Shown here: positions 44,620 through 57,449 of the stretch, piece by piece
Numbering within the stretch: position 1 is the stretch's first letter
Layout: every line of letters begins with the position of its first letter
Source of the DNA: the human T2T-CHM13v2.0 reference genome, Homo sapiens
Assembly (NCBI RefSeq): GCF_009914755.1
Contig: NC_060926.1
DNA length: 64,000 nt
Direction: 5' to 3' (one strand)
The notes under the pieces: model-generated
What the model saw: the letters and a program-made list of their open reading frames with translations, nothing else
Database searches by the model: none
What the model was told of the DNA's origin: nothing
Position numbers and translations under genes: made by a program

Positions 44620-46239
44620 AAAGAATGAATGCATTTATGCTAAAGAATAGCTTACATATGTTGTAAAGCAACAAGCATATCTTCAAGAAGTGAGTCCTCC
44701 TCAATATGACTCCATGCTTATTCTACATGCCTGAAAACTGGGCCCACACACAGGGGCACACGTACACGCACACAAACGCAGATACGGACACACAGATATG
44801 CAGACCGAAATGCTGACACCATCGCTCTCTAGATTGGATTAGCTCTCATTTAAGGCTTCTTAGGTGCCGCAGTGCCCCTAATATTACCAGGATTGAAAAC
44901 AGACTTTTAGGAAGGAGCAGCATTACTTCGAAAAGTAGTCATCTGCTCTTGTCCTCCAATGTGTGTATTTTAACAAATACAATTTCATTCTATGTTGACT
45001 CTGTGTTTATAATATTTAAAGAACCATGAAATTAAGAAATCTCAGGATTGTTTTAGTGAGAACTTCCCATTCAAAATAAAAAAAAAGGGCAATTCTGACC
45101 CTAAGATATCATCAATTTTATGATAACGCAATAAGATTTCCCTTTAGGTTAAGATGTCATGGGTCTCTAGACAAGCCAAGTTTATCTAACTCATTCTGTA
45201 TCTAAGTGCAATGCTGAGTGATGGGGGCAAGGTTTCCTCGGTGATACCAAATCAGATTTGAAGCTTGCCATCAAGGATGCATCAGACAGGACCATTAATT
45301 AAATAAGTTACCATAAATCTCAGCTGGATAAAAGGAGAGTTGACATAGAGTGTGTTCACTTGCTGATCACTCATTCCTCTTTGCCAAGGCTTCTGTTGTT
45401 GGGGTTGTTGTTTTAAACTCCTGGTTTGTTTGACTGTTTATTTTATTTGCTTGATTGTTTTCTTCCTTTTGGTGTCCTGCAACATATGCTGAGATTTCAT
45501 CCCTCTAAGGATGTTAGAAGGGGAAAGAGGGTGGACAGGGCAGCAGGAGGGAAAGGGAAGGGGTCATTAGTAATTGCAAGTATTCTAAGAAAATAGATGA
45601 AGTGAATACAATAAGAGGGTACTACTTGGTATATTTATGTAAATAAAAGCATTATCTGTAACTGTGAATTAACTGCCAACTATCAGGTTGTTAGTTGTAA
45701 AGCTCAATAAAGGCTGTGCTGATTTGCATACAGAGGAGGGCATCTGCCGTGGGAGAGGAACAGAGGGCCCTCCCGAGATGTTCCTTCCTCCCTGCGGCCA
45801 GCGTCCCCATCAGCACCCTGCCCACCCCACTAGAGATCCCATAGGTGCCCCTAACATTCTTGTGGAATTTCATAAGGCAGATCGGAATGGCCCATCCAAT
45901 AACAGCTGCAGAGTATTTGCCTGAGCGTGGTGAAAACTGGCATGGAGCTCTCCCACAGAGAGGCATTGGGAAATGAGAAAAATAAGAAGAGAGCCTAGAA
46001 CCTTCCTCCCCATCCACACTCCCACCCTCCTCACAGTCACAGCAGCAGCAGGTTTCAATGTAACGTAATTACTTTAATGATACATTTCTTTAGATTTAGA
46101 ATTGCTCTTCTGAATTTAAAAACCTTGGTCAGCCAATAGTTTGGCAGTCTTTTCATCCCAAATTTGAAACGTTGCTTACTCATCTATTCCCTTGAACTCC
46201 GTGACCAATGCTGCCTTTGCTGAAGCGTCTCAAGTTCAT
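44580..46239 (-). other. PID1: PID1 3'UTR (~1.65 kb)
   Basis: Sequence without recognisable interspersed repeats, running from the stop codon to the clustered AATAAA signals. The end coordinate is inferred. Confidence 0.75.
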
Positions 46240-46716
46240 TCAGCCATCATCGGATTCCAATTCCTGGGAAACCTCTTCGGAGGAGCTGTTGCTGTGGATC
46301 CGCCCGTCGCTCTTCATACTGTGGAAAGTCTTCCTGAAGGCCTCCATCATGGCGTGGGCCAGTTTCTTGGCCTCGAGCTTGCTCTCGCACTCCACGGCGT
46401 GGCAGTCCATCTGGTAGGACAGGTCATCATTGATCTCCCTGTAGACCCAGGCGAAGATGTTGGGGCTCACGTTGTGGTCGGCGGTGCAGTAGGCGATGCG
46501 GGCCACCTGGAAGGTATCCATGTGCACTGTGGCCTCCCCTTTGTGGTCGAGATGATGGAGCCAAACTTGGAATGGCCGGATTTCCAGGAGGGCATTGGCC
46601 GGAAAGACATCCTCTCGGGCTAGCGTGTGCTTCTTCCAGAGCTCAATGACTGGCTTTTCTGTGCAGCCTGACAAAAACTGCATGCCAGTGGTGGAGACTT
46701 TGCCCAGGTAGGTAAC
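46240..46716 (-). CDS. PID1: PID1 terminal coding exon (PTB/PID domain and C-terminus, 158 aa + stop)
   Basis: ORF 46240..46728 translates to VTYLGKVSTTGMQFLSGCTEKPVIELWKK...DCHAVECESKLEAKKLAHAMMEAF...QELESDDG*, recognised as the PID1 C-terminus with PTB-like YLG and CHAV motifs. The first 4 residues (MHLQ) are intronic: the minus strand reads ccctttttcttcctctcttgcatctgcag|GTTACC, phase 0. Confidence 0.96.
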   Translation of the reverse strand, partial: VTYLGKVSTTGMQFLSGCTEKPVIELWKKHTLAREDVFPANALLEIRPFQVWLHHLDHKGEATVHMDTFQVARIAYCTADHNVSPNIFAWVYREINDDLSYQMDCHAVECESKLEAKKLAHAMMEAFRKTFHSMKSDGRIHSNSSSEEVSQELESDDG

Positions 46717-46755
46717 CTGCAGATGCAAGAGAGGAAGAAAAGGGAGGCATCAGCA
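46717..46755 (-). promoter_or_regulatory. PID1: 3' splice acceptor, polypyrimidine tract and candidate branch point of the last PID1 intron
   Basis: AG at 46717-46718, a pyrimidine tract upstream on the minus strand, and branch-like gctgAt with the A opposite 46750. Confidence 0.85.
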
Positions 46756-48730
46756 GAAGGCTCTTTGTTCTGATAGACTGAATGAGTAGCTGTTCCACAC
46801 AGTCATGGTGTCACATTGGGAAGGTGAAGACACTTCTTTCTTGCTCCCTGAAAGAATAACTCATCAAAATTTCTACCTTTTCTCTCTAATGAGTTGCCTA
46901 CTTGGCAAATGTATTGAAATTATTTGAATAGAGTTGGATTTTAAAATCTAATTTCTAGAGAACTACTCTCCCTCTCCTTACTCCTTTTTTAAACCCCAAT
47001 TAAAACGAAGAGTATGATCTTTTACATAATTTGGCATTCCTTTAACATCATAAAGTCACTCAAAGTTTATTTTCGGCCAAACACACACAGAATTGAATAA
47101 TAGGAAGGAATCAAAAGGACACTGAGTTGGAAAAACAAAATCTTTATTAAACTTATCTCCTAGCCTGGGTCTCTTTCCAAATCTCTCAATGTTTGATTTC
47201 ACTTAGGCTGCCTGCTTCTAATGCCAAGGACGCAAAAACTGTTCTCTTGAAATTATGGCCTAAAGCATGATAGTTTTCCTTCCCAAGATAATTTTTAAAA
47301 ATAACAGCAGTGCCCAGTTCTTTTTTAACCTAAACTGTTTTTGAACTGATGAGCATCTGTTGATCTGATAATAAATGAAAGATCTACAGAAGAATCAAGA
47401 GTAGAATGCTGGCTTATCACCTAGCTAGGTAGGCAGTATGAAAACTAAGAAAAATAATTCCAAACGATTCAAATACTGTCTTTTTAAAAGCGTGTTTATA
47501 ATATGCCAAGAAGGGATTTTCATCCTTTCATTGTTTTATTCATTCCACAAAATGCACAGAATTACTATTATTGGGGCATAGGCATTATGGAAAGGCATAA
47601 AACTTAAGAGATCATCTAAGAAATAATATGAAATAGTATATACTTACATTTAAAATTAGTGACACAAATAGAAATACTACGAATGCGAGGAGAGAAAGAC
47701 CAGAAGAGGGTCCGTGGAAACCGTGAGAACTGAGAGGGGACATTTGGTCAGAATGATTCCAAACAATGGTTATATTTAGTGGGACAATACAGGCCACATA
47801 TAAAAAATTAAAACACAGAAGTTAAGGACTATTGTATCTTTGTGACAAGAGTAGTCCCTTTAAGAAAATAACTTTTTAATAAAGATGTGTAAGTGTGATA
47901 CATTCCAGAAGTATTTATTGGGAACCTCTTATACACAATGGCAATATAACACATAGGCATGGGGGTTGCTATGAAACTGGGGAGGGCCGAATATCCACGG
48001 GAAAGAAATAATTGAATACTCATTCAGAGCACAGTCTTTGAGGCAGGTGAAGTTGAGGTTTAAATCCTAGCTCCACAGTTCACCAGGACAAAACTCTCAC
48101 CCTTGGCACCTGCACAGCTATGACTCTGATGTAAGGCAGGCCATGGAAAGGGCAGGAAGGGGAACAGCAAAGTACTGTGAGTGTTCAGTGGAGGAGGCAG
48201 TGGCATACTGATGACAGAAGGCCTCAGGAAGAGGCATTGGATTTCAAAACATTGGCCTCAGACTACATAGGAGCCCAGCAAGTCAAGGTGCTAAAAAGGA
48301 GGAGGGAAACAGTAAAGGCAAGTAGTAGAGAAAGTCTCAATCAGCTTGGACAAAGAGGCTGTGCTAACCTGAGCACACGTAAAGCGGTAGCCTAAGACAG
48401 CCCTGGAGCAGAAGCCGTGTAAGAGGTCCACGACCTCTGGATAAAAATAGGCTGACCTTTGCAGGATCGCCCCACATGTGGTCTGAGGAATCGGGGCGTC
48501 GTTGCTCCTCTGGAATGCCACTGAAGGGCCAAGGTCCAAGGAGTGCCTGGATGTGATAGAGCCTGTGAACTCAGACTTTCCTGATGCCAGGAAGAAAGGT
48601 GGATGGGGAGGCCTGACTGATAGCAGAGACACAGCCAGCGGGCAAGGGTGGCCTGGATTAGGAACAGAGGCAGTGGGAAAGGACAGGAGGAGGCAGAGGG
48701 AATAATATTGCAGGACAAAAACTAACAATA

Positions 48731-49025
48731 CAGGGTGAGTATCCCTTAGATAAAATGCTTGGGACCAGAAGTATTTCAAATGTCAGCTATTTTCAGATGT
48801 TGGAATACTTGCATATACATAATGAGATATCTTGGGGAGATAACCTAAGTTTGAACTGAAATTTATTTATGATTATGATTCATATATACCTTATACACAT
48901 AGCCATTAGTTTTACCCAATATTTTTAATCACTTTATGCATCAAAGTTCGTGTAAATTGAGCCATCAGAAAGCAAACGTGTCACTATCTCAGCCACTCAT
49001 GTGGACAATCTGTGATCGTTTGGCA
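48731..49025 (+). mobile_element. Tigger4 (Zombi/MER46) DNA transposon, truncated
   Basis: TA-cagggtgagtatcccttagataaaatgcttgggaccagaagt...ccatcagaaagcaaacgtgtcactatctcagccac. Confidence 0.8.
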
Positions 49026-49224
49026 GCAAATAAATTGTGGTGTTTACGCACCAAATAAATTGTGCATAAATAGAAAATGTCAACATATTTAAAAAGGCAG
49101 CCCATCCAATGGGAGAAAATATTTGCAAGTCATATATGTAATAAGTAATTAATATCTGGAATACATACAGAACACCTAAAAGTCAACAACAAAAAGTCAA
49201 AAAACCCAACTTAAAAATGGGCAA

Positions 49225-49890
49225 AGGCATCCACAGTGGACTGAATAAAGAAAATGTGGTACATATACACCATGTATAAATACTACGCAGCCATGAAAAG
49301 AACAAAATCACGTCTTTTGCGACAACATGGACATAGCTGGAGGCCACTGTCTGAAGTGAATTCAGGAACAGAAAACCAAATGCCACATGTTCTCAGCATC
49401 CAATCCAAACTATGCGCTAATGAGTGTATTATGAGCTGTTGCCCAAACAATTTCATACGAAGTTACCCTAGCCATCATCCTATTATCCTATTATCAGTTC
49501 TACTAATAAGTGGCTATTATCAGTTCTACTAATAAGCAGCTCACGCAATTTATATACACTTATCACAACACAAGAACCCCTCTGACTACTCCTACCACTT
49601 GCTTACTCACTTATAAGTAGGAGTAAACATTGAGAACACATGGACATAAAGATGGGAACAACAGACACTGGGGACCACCAGGAGGGGGAGGGTTGCGGGG
49701 GTGAGGGTTGAAAACTACCTACCAAGCATCATGCTCACTACCTGGGCAACGGGACCATTAACACACCAAACCTCGGCAACACGCAATTTACCCATGTAAC
49801 AAACCTGCACTTGTACCCCTGGACCTAAAAGTTGAAAAAAAGCTTTAAAAAAATAAAGTTCCTGTATGTCAATCCCTGGGGAAAAAAAAA
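49225..49890 (+). mobile_element. Nested 5'-truncated L1PA16-like element (contains the NUMT and extra 3' sequence)
   Basis: 12-bp TSD aaaaatgggcaa at 49213-49224 and 49886-49897. 3'UTR acacgcaatttacccatgtaacaaacctgcac. Confidence 0.85.
49396..49598 (+). pseudogene. NUMT: nuclear copy of a mitochondrial ND1 fragment (approx. codons 122-177)
   Basis: With the mitochondrial code, and skipping two internal duplications, it reads [31 protein letters not shown]...LLMS...TLITTQEPLWLLLP. The W is a TGA at the ND1 Arg position. This matches ND1 [37 protein letters not shown]...TLITTQEHLWLLLP. Confidence 0.92.
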
Positions 49891-50167
49891 TGGGCAATGG
49901 AAATTAATAGATATTTTTTGAAGCCAAAAAAAAAAAAAAACGTGAAAACATGCTACCATCCTTAGAAAAATGCAAACCAAAACTACAGTTAAATACCACT
50001 TCGCACCTGTTAGGATGGCAGCTATCAAAAAAGCAGAAAATAACAAGTGTTGGCAAGGAGGAAGAAAAATTGGAATTCATGTATCCTGTCGGTGGGAATT
50101 TAAAACAGTACAATTTCTATACCATGTAGAAAACAGCGTGGCGGTTCTCCAAAAAATTCAAAGTAGA

Positions 50168-50562
<395 letters not shown>

Positions 50563-51547
50563 TTATAGCAGCACTATTTACAATAGCTAAAAAGTAGAAG
50601 AAATCCAAGTGTCCGTTGATAGATGAATGAATAAACAAAATACAGTATATATGTATAATGTATACTGGAATATTATTCAGCCTTAAAAAGGAAGCAAATT
50701 CTGACAGATACTACAACATGGATGAATTCTGATGACATTATGCTAAGTAAAATACACCAGCCACAAAAAGACAAGTACTGTATGATTCTATTTGTATGAA
50801 GTATTTAGAGTAGTTAACATCATAGAAACAGACCAATTAGAATTGTGGTTGCCGGGGGATTGGGGGAGGGACGAATGAGGAGTTACTGTTCAATGGGTTC
50901 AGAGTTTCAGCTTTGCAAGATGAAGACAGTTCTGGAGATGGTTGGTGGTGATAGTTGTGTACATTATGAATGTATTTAATATCACTGAACTGTGCACTTA
51001 AAAATGGTTAAGATGGTAAGTTTTATGTTGTATGTATTTTACCAAAATAAAAATAAATTAGGGAAAAAAGCATACGGAGGAAATTAACTTTAGTGCCTGA
51101 AATGAGGTATATTTATTTTTACTATTCACTGAAACTAGAAATAACTGTTTTTATGTTTGGTAGAAAAAATCCTGATTTGCTCTAAAGGCACACTTTATCT
51201 CTCTCTCTCTGATATTTTTCTAAAAATTGCATACAGAAATATATATCATGACATAATTTAAAAATACTTCTAAAAAACTTTATTGAAAGTTGTAGACGAT
51301 TCACTCCAATGAAAACCGATTTCATAGTAGCAAAATTTTGGTAACTAAGAGAAAATATCTTCCTCTTTATAAATCTTTATAAATATGTATTACCTATAAA
51401 ATAAAGATTTTGAAAGAAATAAGGTTGTATTTTGGAGGTGTACTGGAGAGATGAGTGGAGCACAGATGTGTAGCTTATATGAGATTATATAAATTCGAAA
51501 TATATTATCTATATGAGATTATATAAATTCAAAGAAATACTGTTAAT

Positions 51548-52378
<831 letters not shown>

Positions 52379-54038
52379 TCAGCCCTGCTGTTATCCATAA
52401 TGGCCCAAGTTCCGGAATCCTGACCTATGTCTGTGCACTTTGCTCTAGGAAGTCAATTACTTACTGCCTGTCCACATACTTCTTAATTCTCCCATTAAAT
52501 TCTCCAGAGTTTGGCATTAACCCATAATGTTGACTGTAAGTCACTGAAAAACACTATTCAGACCTTTTTTCAAAAAGTGAACTTCCCTCTTTATTTTTTT
52601 GTATACGGTTTAATAGAAATGCATCTTATGGCTCTGATTTTCAAGGGAAATTGAGTAAAAACTTAAAAAAATTAATTGTCTCAAAATACCAATGATTCAG
52701 TTATGCTCTGCATGCAACCATGCCCCCTGTGTATTTGGGCCATGGAGTTCCCCCATCTCAATAAACAGAAACCCTGTTTATGGCCCTGTATATGGGCCAT
52801 TATACCTGTATATTTCTATATCAACACTGTTACAGGGACTCACTCTAAATATAAATAGAGAGGTCCCCTCCTGCCATGGTTTCTCTCATGTGGGAAAATT
52901 CCCTTTAATATTCTTCTGTGAGCACATCCTCCTTATAAGTAAGAACACAGAACTCAATGTGCAAGGCTGCTTCTGGAGGTTCCGCAACTAACATAGCTGT
53001 GCACCAATGTCAGGTTTGGTTAAGGAGAATCCTGTTATCCTGTCTATGAAAGAGGTGAATACTTTCTAGAGGAATAATAGGCCCTGTCTTTAAGAGTCGC
53101 AACCTTCCAGAGCCACAAAGTAGACAGAAAACACCAACTTATAAAATTGGTCACAAAATGTGTCCAAAATGGTACACAGATTTTTCTTTGAGCCTTCACC
53201 ACCCAGGGTGCTGGAACAAAGGGACTTGGAAGATGACAAGAGGGGTCTTCAGGAAAAGTAACAACTAGCTGGAAATTGCGGTAAATACCAGCATCTTTTC
53301 TATGGTTGCAGAAACAGGCATTGGGCATGAAACTTATTACCAATGAATCATTCTGAGAGAAATAAAATGAACACTTTCCCCATGTGTCATTCCATGGCAT
53401 AAACTGATCTCCCAAACACAGACATTTGCAGTGTGTGTAAATGGACCTGCCCAACCCCAACTGAAGAAGTTATTTGAGAATATTCACAGACTGTGAAAAT
53501 ATAGAGAGGCTGTGAAGCCAAGGGACCCGCCAGAGTGTCTGCAGTGTTAACAGCGTCGGATCAGGAGAGAGCAGTGTCCTCAGAATCTCTCCTTCCAACT
53601 CATGAGTTTTCCAACACCCCAGCCAGCTCTGCATTCATGAATCACCATTCCCTGCTCATCTGTGGCAAAACAAACTTGGTTGCCCGACATTTATCCTTCT
53701 GGTTGAGCAGTACCATTTGTTTCCCCTGGTGGCCGGTCGCTATTTCATTCTGGCCTGAGAAGCTGCTGTTTTGAACCTGACTCACCTCACGCTAGACTGG
53801 AGAGTGGGATCAAAAGGGTAACGTCAAGGGTTCCCAAACAAAGATGGAAGATGGGATGGATGATTGTGCAAGAACCCAAGCACCTGCTTTCCTGGAGTTC
53901 TTCGACTTTCCAAGCTGGATGAGCCCAGCTTCACAAGCTTAGCTTGGGTTCCACTTACTGCTGGGCTTCTCAAGAATGACAAGCCAAGAATAAAGACCTT
54001 CTAGAGGTCTCTCTTGAGATATAAAAGACTTTGCTGTG

Positions 54039-54315
54039 ACTAACACAAGAACAGAAAACCAAACACTGCATGCTCTCATTCATAAGTGGGAGTTGAACAA
54101 TGAGAACACATGGACACCAGGAGGGGAACATCACACACCAAGGCCTGTTGGAGGGTGGGGGGCTAGGGGAGGGAGAGCATTAGGAGAAATATCTAATGTA
54201 GATGATGGGTTGATGGGTGCAGCAAACCACCATGGCACGTGTATGCCTATGTAATAAACCTGCACGTTCTGCACATGTATCCCAGAACTGAAATATAATA
54301 AAAAAATTAAAAAAA
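54039..54315 (+). mobile_element. 5'-truncated L1PA (PA7-like) 3' end
   Basis: actaacacaagaacagaaaaccaaacactgcatg...cccagaactgaaatataataaaaa. Confidence 0.9.
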
Positions 54316-54899
54316 TATTTTACTGTTTTTCCATTGTCTGTAGGACATACAATATGTACCCAGCTGACATAAAATAACATGATAGGAAAAGAGAATGGAG
54401 GAAACTTTGCTGGGAATCCTAATAGCCTTTGGGCTCCAAGGCAGAAGATGAGAAAAAGAAAAGCTGCTCTTAACCCTGGGCAAAATACCAGAGTCAAGCT
54501 CTTCTTCCATCACATGGATTCCCACCTGCACATTCCAGAGAAAAGGCAAAGGGTGCAACATAGAGATTTATGACCTCAGCTTGAATCTGCTCCTTTCTTG
54601 CTGGCCACAGAGGCACAGAATCCACTGGGCACTTTGAAGAGTGGAGATGGATCTGCATGCCAATTTCCCAACAATCTAAACCACAAACACTGACTCGATA
54701 ATTATGACCATGAACCTGTATTACAAGCTTTAAGCCACGAAGAAGGTATTAAAGGATAGATGCTGTTCATAGTGAAATCTATGAAATTATTGTCGGCACA
54801 ATAATAAATTTTGGAGGTCTAGAAGAATGCAGAGGGAAGACACAAAGGGGGCTACTAGAACCAATTCCTGGTTCCTGGGAATCACTAACAGGAACAGAA

Positions 54900-55110
54900 C
54901 CAACAGCCAACATTTATCCAGGACTTACTCTATGCCAGGTACTTGGCTAAATGCTTTATATGGATCATTAATCCTCATAATAATTCCATAAGGTATGTAC
55001 TAGCTGTTTCTATAGATTAGGGAACTTGTAAGAGGTTGAAGTAACTTGCCCAAGGTCACAGAGTGGCCAGAACTTGAACCTGGACAGTAGGACCCAGAAA
55101 CCTGGCTCAC
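54900..55110 (-). mobile_element. MIR SINE
   Basis: cttactctatgccaggtac...gaagtaacttgcccaaggtcacag. Confidence 0.75.
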
Positions 55111-55687
55111 ATTTGCCACATCCCAACTGCCCTTCTCAAGGCTGGTCCCTTTAGACTTGTGGTGAGCCTGCTAACAGGATCCTGTCTGGTTCCTCCTGGA
55201 GCTCCCTGCCCAGTTTCAGCATCAGCCATCAAGGAGTTGCAGGGTCCTCCATCAGTCTTCCTGTACCCTGGAGACACCCATAACAATAGCAAAGGGGAGT
55301 GGTAATCTGGGAACTATTTTCAATACTTCAAAAGGGCCAAGGAAAGTTGTTTTCTGACAGTGTCTCCTTTATTGTGTATATATATATATATATGTATAAG
55401 CAAAAAATGAACTCACATTTACATAATGTGATTTATTGGGCAAATAAAATTGCTCAAAATATGGAGCCTATGATGGAAAATGTGTACCTGTCAGTGATCA
55501 CATTGGAACCCAGTGATCAAAACTAGGCCACTCATTTTCCACTGAGAAGTCAGTGGCAGTCCCAGAGCCCACCAGTGAGAGAATCAGCTCTTGGGCCCAT
55601 GTCTCCCAACTCTAAGAAAAATGTTCCTTCCATCTCAGCATGTGACTCCTTAAGCTAACTTCTATAATAAGGCATATCATTAGATAC

Positions 55688-56060
55688 AGTGATGGCTGAT
55701 TTTATGCATGGATTTGGGTAGGGCATGGTGCCCACTCTTAGGTCAAACACCAGCCTAGATGTTGCTGTGAAGGTATTCTTTTTTAGATGTGATTAACATT
55801 TAAATCAATAGACTACGAATAAAGCAGATTACCCTTCATAATGTAGGTAGGTCTCATCCAATAAGGTTAAGACCTTAGTAGAGAGAACAGATGCCCAAGC
55901 AGGAAGAAAATCTGCTTCTAGACTGATTTCTGACTCAAGACTGCAACGTCTCTTCCCTGGATCTCCTGTCTGCCCACCTTCCCTTAAAATGTTGGGACTC
56001 GCCAGCCCCTACAATGATGTGAGTCAATTATTTTAAAGATATGTCTGTCTCTCTCTCTCT
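55688..56060 (+). mobile_element. MLT2 (C/D-like) ERVL LTR, followed by (CT)n and (GT)n at 56128-56152
   Basis: ggtcaaacaccagcctagatgttgctgtgaaggtatt...aaagcagattacccttcataatgtagg. Confidence 0.8.
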
Positions 56061-56123
56061 CTCCCTCTCCACCCCCCTCCTTCCCTCTACTCACACACAT
56101 ACATATAAATGGGGCCAATCATT

Positions 56124-56155
<32 letters not shown>

Positions 56156-57081
56156 CCAACCTAACACCACTCCTTTGTTGCAAATGCAATGATTCTGATA
56201 CCAAAAGATCTGAGAACACTTGCCCCAAATCCCACAGCTGGTCTCGGAAAAGTGAGATGTAGAACCCAAGTCCTCCACCACAAAACAAAAGCTCTTTCCA
56301 CTGCTTTAATTTCTTCACTTGAAGAGGATTCAGACACCTTAGTTTCCATTCTTATATCATTTACCTTTTCTCTGGCCATTTCTTCAAATGTCCATACTGA
56401 GACCAAGGCCTAGTCAGGGACAGCAAAAAGCAATAGGCACCCTACCAAGGCTTTTTAAACATCCTGCAAGGTGGTTTGGGTCAAAGGCAGGTAAACTGTC
56501 CTTAACCAGAGATGTGTTTGCATAGCCCAAGGATTTTAAATTATAATGCATCAATCATTGAAAGAAAAAGACAGTGTGCATAGTTAATATTCAGACATCA
56601 TATTCCTAAAGAACTCTGAAATGGTGTTTAACAAAGCAAACCATTCCCACTTCAAAGAATAATTCCAAAAAGCAAACATTACATCTGTGCTATGCTGGTT
56701 ATTACCCTGCCTCTCGTGCATTGTGTATCAACATACTAGACAACACATGCTAAAAAATTGCTCTTGGAGCCCAACACTATGGTGGGTAGGACTGTGCACA
56801 TCCCTCAATAAAGGCAGTTGAAACCCTCAGAAGGCCAACCCAAGAGGCTTGGTCTCAGCTCAGAGCAGGCCTGGGCATCCTTTATGGTTGCAATGGCTCC
56901 AGAGTCCTACTCCTCAGCCCTACAGGCTTCTGTGTGTCATCCTCAGGAAGCTCATATGACTCTGAATCAAAGCTAGGTTTTTTCTTTTGTTTGGTTTGTT
57001 CCCAGAGTGAGTCTCTGATACCATTTTGGGGTCTGTCTTTTGGCAGATCTACTTCACTTCATCAGGATAAAAGTAGATCTA

Positions 57082-57449
<368 letters not shown>

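Noticed and set aside
46192-46623. 143-aa plus-strand ORF antisense to the PID1 exon
   Set aside because: Shadow ORF of a GC-rich coding exon, with a non-ATG start and no independent support.
46717-46728. ATG giving a standalone 162-aa PID1 ORF
   Set aside because: The ATG lies in the polypyrimidine tract/acceptor region. The exon is spliced at 46716.
53718-53736. CTCF-like site (minus strand GGCCACCAGGGGAAAC)
   Set aside because: Lacks the key GGC 3' core positions. Not supportable without ChIP data.
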